A stretch of 64,000 nt of DNA. Origin: Bradymonadia bacterium. Its GTDB lineage: Bacteria > Myxococcota_A > Bradymonadia > UBA7976 > UBA1532. The stretch covers positions 192,001-256,000 of the forward strand of contig JBKAGE010000035.1 of assembly GCA_046290225.1 (NCBI GenBank). Direction: 5' to 3'. The position numbers were made by a program, and so were the translations under genes. This document shows positions 45,319-51,375 of the stretch, one piece after another (the stretch's first letter is position 1; each line of letters opens with the position of its first letter). The notes beneath the pieces are model-generated. The model searched no databases and was not told the origin of the DNA. It was given only the letters and a program-made list of their open reading frames with translations.

Positions 45319-45818
45319 ATGGCTGAGATCTTTGTAGGCAGTCGTCGCTGCGCTCCGCCTGCGTAGGCAGCTGCCGACGGCCGGCCTTCGGCCCGCCTTG
45401 GAGCTGCGTACACGTCGCCACGCTCGCTGGCGCGAGCAGGCCCCCGGGTAGGCAGGGTCGCTCAATGCTGACGCATTGATTGTTCGCTCCCCTGCGTAAA
45501 AAGTCAGATCTGGTGTGGCTTTGAGGGCACCCCCAATGCTGTTGGGGCTTACGCCGAGCCTTGGGACTCTGAGGATTGCAGGTTCGCGGCAGGTCGAATC
45601 CCAGCGGGCATGAGCAACAAGATACAGAAGAAGCTCTTTACGCAGGGGAGCGAGCGAACAGGGCGAAGCCCTGAGCGACCCTGCCTACCCGGAAGGGTGT
45701 CCGCGTAAGCGGATGCCCGAACGTGTACGCGCCAGACGAGGCGGTCCGCAGGACTGGCGAAGGCCTGGCGCCTACGCAGACGGAGCGAAGCGACGACTGC
45801 CTACAAGGGTTCAGCCAT
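45319..45818. repeat. 500-nt nested inverted-repeat element (REPIN/MITE-like or structured RNA)
   Basis: Paired arms ATGGCTGA/TCAGCCAT, TTGTAGGCAGTCGTCGCT/AGCGACGACTGCCTACAA, GCGTACACGT/ACGTGTACGC, CCGGGTAGGCAGGGTCGCTCA/TGAGCGACCCTGCCTACCCGG and TCGCTCCCCTGCGTAAA/TTTACGCAGGGGAGCGA. Confidence 0.8.
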
Positions 45819-45841
45819 AGCCTTCTTCACAGTCCAGCCCA

Positions 45842-47068
45842 CTAATCCCAGCGGCTGCCCAGGGTCAGCGACCAGGACTCCACCGAGCCCACATCGAAGC
45901 CCGCCAGATCACGCACCACCAACGTCCAGGTCCCGTTCACCTCGTCGTCCATCGAAATGCCCGTCACCGGCCCTTCGAAGGTCAACTCCTGCGCGTTGCC
46001 GCCCTCGCGGTCCCACACCTGAGCCACCGTGCCATTGGGATCGATCAGCTCCACCTGCAGGTCACCCTGCCAGGTGTGCTTGATCTGAAGAGAGAGGATG
46101 ATGTCGGTGGGCACTGAAGCCAGACCAGCCACCTCGACCGTCAGCTTGAGACCATCAGCATCGTTGTCGGGGATCTCACCGCCCTGGCCCACATAAGTGG
46201 CCCGAAGCTCTTCAGCACCGCACAGGCCAGTACCTGCGTGCAGGCTGCCAGCACAGACCAGGCCCTCACCACAGGCATCGTCAGCGTCACAGTCATCACC
46301 CTCTTCACCGAGGACCACCTCTTCACAGCGACCCTCATAGGCCACAGCCATGCCCGAGGCGTGGGCCTGACAGCTGTTGCTGTAAGTCTGACCGTTGCAG
46401 CCGCAGACTGGATCGTAGTGGGCGGTGCACGCCATGGGCGTGGGCAGACAGATGCCAGCAGTCTCAACGATGTCACACCCGTCGTAACTCGGATGGCAGA
46501 AGGCCCCTTCGCCACAGTCAGCATCTTGCGTACAGGTGGGCTCGGACTTCTGCACGTTGAGCCGTACAGCCACCTCACCCCAGGCTCGGAAGTCATAACG
46601 GCGGACCACAGCGACGTAGCCACCGGCCACAGACGCCTCGAAGCTCAGGGCGCTGGCGAAGCCCTCACCGCCATCGTCGTCGTAAGCCAGAGCACGGGCC
46701 TTGGGGCGACCCTGATCATCAGCCAGGTAAAGGAAGAGCACCGTGTCGAGCGCGTCACCATTGGTGCCAAAGGCGTCGAGCTCAATGACGTCACCGGACA
46801 TCGCAGTGAAGTGCCAGGCGAGGTACTGGCTGCCATTGCCGAAGCTGCCCTTCACCTCGTCACCATCACCGATGGCCCCCATCACCGTGGGGCGTCGCAA
46901 GCTGTCGGCCTTGTTGCGATCGAGGGCCACAGCGTCGTTGGCCTCTTTGAGCAGCTCCGCAGCGGAAGGCCCCTTGGCTTTCTCCGCGCTCTGTTGGGGT
47001 GCGTCACAGCCAACAATGGCACCACCAGCCATCAGCATTGCCATCACGTGCATCTGAAAACGGCTCAT
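45842..47068 (-). CDS. Lipoprotein with PPC-like, Kazal-like and proprotein-convertase P domains
   Basis: Lipobox IVGC, LDTVLFLY..YDDDGG, PVCGCNGQTYSNSC, IKHTWQGDLQVEL...GTWTLVVRD. Confidence 0.8.
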   Translation of the reverse strand: MSRFQMHVMAMLMAGGAIVGCDAPQQSAEKAKGPSAAELLKEANDAVALDRNKADSLRRPTVMGAIGDGDEVKGSFGNGSQYLAWHFTAMSGDVIELDAFGTNGDALDTVLFLYLADDQGRPKARALAYDDDGGEGFASALSFEASVAGGYVAVVRRYDFRAWGEVAVRLNVQKSEPTCTQDADCGEGAFCHPSYDGCDIVETAGICLPTPMACTAHYDPVCGCNGQTYSNSCQAHASGMAVAYEGRCEEVVLGEEGDDCDADDACGEGLVCAGSLHAGTGLCGAEELRATYVGQGGEIPDNDADGLKLTVEVAGLASVPTDIILSLQIKHTWQGDLQVELIDPNGTVAQVWDREGGNAQELTFEGPVTGISMDDEVNGTWTLVVRDLAGFDVGSVESWSLTLGSRWD

Positions 47069-47315
47069 CTCGACTCTCCCTCGGTGGCCACTTCAGCTGG
47101 TGTAGCCGGCCACCCCATCAGCCATCTCCCCGTGATTGTGGGGTTTTGATGGCTCGAATCATGTTGGGAGGGCCCATGGGCAAAGTCCGGGCCAAAGACA
47201 GACAGCCGCTCTGTTCATGCTTCTTCACGAACGCACAACAGAGTGCACACACTGGGTCTTCAGAGTGCAGAGTGCGACGCAAGGTCACATCAATCACCTA
47301 CAAAGGAGCCACCTC

Positions 47316-47759
47316 ATGCATCGCCGCACCAAAATCGCACTCGTCGTCACCGCCATGCTCTCCCTCACCGCCGTCGCCGGCGCTCGAGGGTGGTTCGGAC
47401 ATCACAAGATGGATCCCGAACGCATCGCCAGCTTCGTCGATGACCGCTTCGAAGACGTCATGGATCGACTCGACGCCACTGACGATCAGCAGGCACGTCT
47501 CAAGCCCCTCGTGGACAACCTGGTCGATGAAGGTCTGGGCCTCATGAAGACCCGAGGGGAGCTCAAGACCACCCTGTTGGCAGAGTGGAACGCCGAGAAG
47601 CCCAACGCAGAGGCAGTACACGCCGCCATCGACGCCCGCATCGACGAGTTCCGGGCCATGGCCCACAAGGCCGCCGACTCAGCCATCGAGGCCCACGAGA
47701 TCTTCACACCAGAGCAGCGCAAGCAGATCGCCGACCGAGTCTCACACGCCCACCGATGA
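47316..47759 (+). CDS. Spy/CpxP-family periplasmic protein
   Basis: AAGGAG SD, signal peptide, LDATDDQ and IFTPEQR (LTxxQ-like) motifs. Confidence 0.78.
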   Translation: MHRRTKIALVVTAMLSLTAVAGARGWFGHHKMDPERIASFVDDRFEDVMDRLDATDDQQARLKPLVDNLVDEGLGLMKTRGELKTTLLAEWNAEKPNAEAVHAAIDARIDEFRAMAHKAADSAIEAHEIFTPEQRKQIADRVSHAHR

Positions 47760-47912
47760 GACACACGCGCCATAATGCGCAAACAACGAGCTGAAAAGCC
47801 AACCCCCTCACCTACCCCTCTCATCCCCACCAAAGACCTCTCGCCCCCATGACCACCTTCACCTTCGTTTTGATTGAGTTTTTCTCGCTCACAACACGCT
47901 TCGCCCAAAACC

Positions 47913-47928
47913 TGGCACGGCGCCTGCT
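47913..47928 (+). promoter_or_regulatory. Sigma-54 promoter upstream of the Y-RNA/rsr locus
   Basis: TGGCAC-GGCGC-CTGCT with GG/GC at -24/-12 spacing. Predicted TSS near 47939, followed by hairpin 47941-47968. Confidence 0.75.
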
Positions 47929-47973
47929 CTAGTCTCAGAGCGAGCGTGACGCTTCGGCAAGACGCTCGAACAT

Positions 47974-48115
47974 GTTGGGATAGCTCAGTCAGGTAGAGCA
48001 GCTGAAGAAGGTTTTTCCCTCCAACTCGGCTTCTCCGGCATCCGCCGGCAGTGAGGGTCTGGAGTTACTTCGTTGGTAAATCGGCGTGCCGCAGGTTCGA
48101 ATCCTGCTCCCAGCA
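47974..48115 (+). ncRNA. Y-RNA-like RNA 1: non-permuted tRNA scaffold with putative Ro-binding module in the anticodon loop
   Basis: Acceptor GTTGGGA/TCCCAGC+A, D arm GCTC/GAGC, anticodon stem GCTGA/TCGGC, T arm GCAGG-TTCGAAT-CCTGC. The 75-nt loop carries GCAGTGAG (48048) and TACTTC (48066). Confidence 0.8.
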
Positions 48116-48117
48116 CT

Positions 48118-48198
48118 GTGAGGCAGTGAGCTTCAGGGATACTTCATTTGACTGTTAATCAAACTCGAAACACACCCCCTGTTGCGTTTTCTCCTCGC
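48118..48198 (+). ncRNA. Y-RNA-like RNA 2: compact Y RNA with an anticodon-like hairpin
   Basis: Terminal stem GTGAGG-C-AG/CT-CCTCGC, GCAGTGAG (48123), TACTTC (48140), internal TTTGA-CTGTTAA-TCAAA. Confidence 0.75.
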
Positions 48199-48226
48199 TC
48201 TCTTTCGGCTCCCTTGGGAGCCATGT

Positions 48227-48361
48227 GCGTGGATAGTTCAGCGGTCCAGAACATTTGAACACCCATCGTCGGCGTTCTCAGGGGTTCACCCCCCTGCAGT
48301 GAGACAACGGGTTACTTCGGCTTCCACCCGAAAGACGCGGGTTCGAATCCCGCTCCACGCT
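48227..48361 (+). ncRNA. Y-RNA-like RNA 3: complete tRNA-Gly(TCC) cloverleaf with a 62-nt putative Ro-binding insert
   Basis: GCGTGGA/TCCACGC+T73, D arm GTTC/GAAC, insert 48254-48315, anticodon arm TTCGG-CTTCCAC-CCGAA, variable region AGAC, T arm GCGGG-TTCGAAT-CCCGC. Confidence 0.82.
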
Positions 48362-48437
48362 CTAGTTCTAAATCCTGAGAGTAACAGGCCTTCGTTCAGA
48401 GCAAGGGCAGGGCCACGGGTCCACATCGGTATCAACT

Positions 48438-48469
48438 CGTGCCCGCGCCCGTGCCCGTGCCCGTGCCCG
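48438..48469. repeat. (CGTGCC)n hexamer tract
   Basis: CGTGCCCGCGCCCGTGCCCGTGCCCGTGCCCG; partly complementary to the upstream GGGCAGGGCCACGGG. Confidence 0.7.
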
Positions 48470-48483
48470 AAAACTCTCTTTTA

Positions 48484-48772
48484 GAGGTCCTAACAAAACA
48501 GCTCCCGTCGCCAGAGCCGCAGCGCTGTTGAGTGCAGCCAGACGAAAGTACCCGGTGGGCAACTCTTCGCTCCGTCGGCTTCGCCTTTGTCGACTTCGAG
48601 TTGTCTGGCAAAGCCAGATACCATCGTCTGTCTGCACTCAGCACTTCGCGAGACATCCAAAACCGTCCGCGACGATGCTTTAAAGGCGCTAGCCGGCATC
48701 GCCTGCGGGTGTTCTGGATGTCTCACTCGTACCTCACGCCCCTGGCTCGGTCCGCTGTTCTGTTAGGACCTC
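48484..48772. mobile_element. 289-bp MITE with 19-bp TIRs and TTA target duplication
   Basis: GAGGTCCTAACAAAACAGC ... GCTGTTCTGTTAGGACCTC (18/19 inverted match), TTA on both flanks, internal hairpins, no transposase. Confidence 0.8.
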
Positions 48773-48802
48773 TTAATTCCCCCACTCAATGGGAGGTGAA
48801 CC

Positions 48803-50413
48803 ATGGGTTTCTTGAACCGCCGTAAGAAGAACAAGCGCCGCATGCAGGCCAAGAGCCACCTCAACTGGATGGCTGGCACCTCGTATGACATGAGCGATGC
48901 CATCAAGCGGCTGCGAATCGCAGCCTCTTCCTGCTTCTTCGGGGAGCCCATGTATTACCACCGCGACAGCGGTGACGATCGCAAGGTCAAGGTACAGCAC
49001 GTCTATCGTGCGCGGCTCTCCGATCGCGACGTCTCCCGACTGCGGGAGACCCTCGACGGCCTCGATCCGCAGTCCTGGCGCGGCCTCTCGCCTGCCGAGT
49101 TGATGGAGAAGGCCATCGACGAGGCCCTCGACGCCGATGCCGAGGCCACCTTGCAGGAGGCCGTGCGCCTGCGCAGCGAGGAGAACATCCGGACCACCCC
49201 CCAGGTGATCCTGGTGCGGGCGGCCCATCACCCGTCTGTGCGGGGGACCGGTCTGGTGCGTCGCTATGGTGCCCAGATCATCCAGCGCGCCGACGAGCCT
49301 GCGGTCGGCCTCGGGTATCAGCTCGCCAGGTACGGTAAGCCGGTGCCCAACGCCTTGAAGAAGACCTGGCGCGACGCCCTGCAGCGTTTCGACGCCTACC
49401 AGCTCGCCAAGTACCGTTTGGAGAGCCGCGAGGTGAAGACCGTCGACGTCGTCAACCTCGTGCACCCGAAGGGGGAGGCGTTGAGCAAGCTGGCCAAGGG
49501 CGAGCTGAAGATCACCGGCCAGACCTGGGAGTCCATCGTGTCAGCCCAGGGCTCTGATCAGGCGGGCTGGGAGGCCGCGTTGCCCCGTATGGGTCACATG
49601 GCGCTCCTGCGCAACCTGCGCAACCTCAGCCAGGCTGGGGTGCCCGAGGCAATGTTCCGGGATCAGCTGGTCCGCGGCGCCGAGAAGGGCCGGCAGTTGC
49701 CGTTCCGGTACTACAGCGCGTATCGGGCGCTGCAGAGCCAGAAGGTCTCTGGTGATCTGCTCGACGCAGTGGAGCGGTGCTTGATGTTGTCCTTGGGCAA
49801 CCTGCCCCACTTCAACGGTCGAGTGATGTCGCTGTGCGACAACTCCGGCTCTGCCCGGGGCACCACCACCTCGTCCATGGGCACCATGCAGGTGGCCACC
49901 ATCGGCAACCTCACCGGCGTGCTCACCGGCATGCGGGCCGACGACGGCCACCTGGGCGTCTTCGGCGATCGGCTGACCACCATGCCGATCCGCAAGCAGA
50001 GCTCGGTCTTCGACCAGCTCAAGGCCGCCGAGGCCATGGGCAACCGGGTGGGTGGGGGCACCGAGAACGGCATCTGGCTGTTCTGGGACGAGGCGATCCG
50101 CAAGAGCGAGCACTGGGATCACGTCTTCGTGTATTCCGACATGCAGGCGGGCCACGGTGGTCTGTATGGCCGCAACGCGTCGGACTACAAGGATTACTTG
50201 TGGTCCAATGGGCACAACATCGACGTGCCCAAGCTCGTGAAGGCCTACCGTGAGCGGGTGAACCCGAACGTGATGGTGTATCTGGTCCAGGTCGCAGGCT
50301 ACCAGGACACGATCATGCCGGAGTTCTACGACAAGACCTTCATCCTCGGTGGCTGGGGTGATGGTTTGCTGCGGTTCGCCGGCGAGATGTCGGGGCTGTG
50401 GCAGAAGGCGTGA
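48803..50413 (+). CDS. rsr: Ro60/TROVE-domain RNA-binding protein with C-terminal vWA domain
   Basis: TROVE hallmarks FFGEPMYY, FDAYQLAKY, TWESIVS, MALLRNLRNL and QLPFRYYSAY. MIDAS-like CDNSGS and YSDMQ. GGAGG SD. Confidence 0.9.
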   Translation: MGFLNRRKKNKRRMQAKSHLNWMAGTSYDMSDAIKRLRIAASSCFFGEPMYYHRDSGDDRKVKVQHVYRARLSDRDVSRLRETLDGLDPQSWRGLSPAELMEKAIDEALDADAEATLQEAVRLRSEENIRTTPQVILVRAAHHPSVRGTGLVRRYGAQIIQRADEPAVGLGYQLARYGKPVPNALKKTWRDALQRFDAYQLAKYRLESREVKTVDVVNLVHPKGEALSKLAKGELKITGQTWESIVSAQGSDQAGWEAALPRMGHMALLRNLRNLSQAGVPEAMFRDQLVRGAEKGRQLPFRYYSAYRALQSQKVSGDLLDAVERCLMLSLGNLPHFNGRVMSLCDNSGSARGTTTSSMGTMQVATIGNLTGVLTGMRADDGHLGVFGDRLTTMPIRKQSSVFDQLKAAEAMGNRVGGGTENGIWLFWDEAIRKSEHWDHVFVYSDMQAGHGGLYGRNASDYKDYLWSNGHNIDVPKLVKAYRERVNPNVMVYLVQVAGYQDTIMPEFYDKTFILGGWGDGLLRFAGEMSGLWQKA

Positions 50414-50437
50414 TCAGTGAGATCGCGCCGGGGGTGG

Positions 50438-50869
50438 TCATCGCTCTCGCGGGCCGATACCGGCGGTGATGACCGCCCCCACCTGCCTCAAGGCCTCGAC
50501 CCTGGCCTTTCCGTCTCTGGCCCGCTTCACCCCCTCCAGGGCCCCACTCAACTTCTCTCCAAATGCAGCCATCTGCTTGCGCAGCGCCGGGGTCTCCACC
50601 TTCTTGGCGAAGGCCTGACTCTGGTTGACGAGGGCCTTGCCCTGTTTGAAGACTGACTTCAGATCGAACTTCTCTTCGGCCTCGACGGCCTCGGCGGCCT
50701 TGTCGAGGAGCCCACCCAGCTTCTCACCCTGCTCGGCGAGCTTTTGCACCATCAACCGCTCTTTGGGCATGCACTTGATGTTCTGCATGGCGGCGGCCTG
50801 GCCGACGACAAGCACCACGGGGGCCGTGGCCAACAACGCGACGAGGCAGGTCGAGAGCAATCTCTTCAT
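50438..50869 (-). CDS. Secreted hypothetical helical protein
   Basis: Signal peptide MKRLLSTCLVALLA, AGGAG SD. Confidence 0.6.
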   Translation of the reverse strand: MKRLLSTCLVALLATAPVVLVVGQAAAMQNIKCMPKERLMVQKLAEQGEKLGGLLDKAAEAVEAEEKFDLKSVFKQGKALVNQSQAFAKKVETPALRKQMAAFGEKLSGALEGVKRARDGKARVEALRQVGAVITAGIGPRER

Positions 50870-50913
50870 GGGGGTGTCTCCTGGTGATGGTGTAAGTGTG
50901 TCGTGGGGGGTGT

Positions 50914-51342
50914 TCAGTCATCCATGCCGGGCTTGCGGCGGCTGGCTTTGAGGGCCCCGCGCTGCTTCTTGGCGTTGAGCCGTCGCGCCTTGGCCCCCTT
51001 CGACGGCCGGGTGGCTCTGCGGGCTTTGGGGCGCTGAAGAGCCTTGGACACCACGTCGGCGAGGCGCGCGCGGGCGGCCTCGCGGTTGCGCAGCTGACTG
51101 CGGTACTCGTCGACGCTCACCTGCAGATCTCCACCGCCGATGAGCCGGTGCGAGAGCCGTTGTAACAGCCACGCCCGCTGCCCCTCGCTGAGCACCGCGC
51201 TGTCTTTGACCGACCACCGCAAGGTGATGCGGGTGCTGGTCTTGTTCACGTGCTGGCCACCAGGGCCCGAGGCACGACTGACCACCACCTGCAGCTCGGC
51301 GCCGGGGATGGTGGGGCCTCCGGTGATGGTGAGATCTTCCAT
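50914..51342 (-). CDS. arfB: Alternative ribosome-rescue factor B (YaeJ)
   Basis: ASGPGGQHVNKTST, RSQLRNR and basic tail RRATRPSKGAKARRL. Confidence 0.93.
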   Translation of the reverse strand: MEDLTITGGPTIPGAELQVVVSRASGPGGQHVNKTSTRITLRWSVKDSAVLSEGQRAWLLQRLSHRLIGGGDLQVSVDEYRSQLRNREAARARLADVVSKALQRPKARRATRPSKGAKARRLNAKKQRGALKASRRKPGMDD

Positions 51343-51375
51343 GGTCTGCTCGCTGTGCTGTGCTCGATGGCGCGC

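Noticed and set aside
47974..48361. Group I intron-containing tRNAs, tRNA-Sec, tmRNA or decayed pseudo-tRNAs
   Set aside because: Inserts of 62-75 nt are too short for group I introns. There is no TCA anticodon or tag ORF. The same structured module occurs three times beside a TROVE gene, which argues against decay.
48182..48825. Short ORFs over the Y-RNA/MITE region
   Set aside because: They have no SD or protein motifs, and the region is better explained by RNA structure and the MITE.
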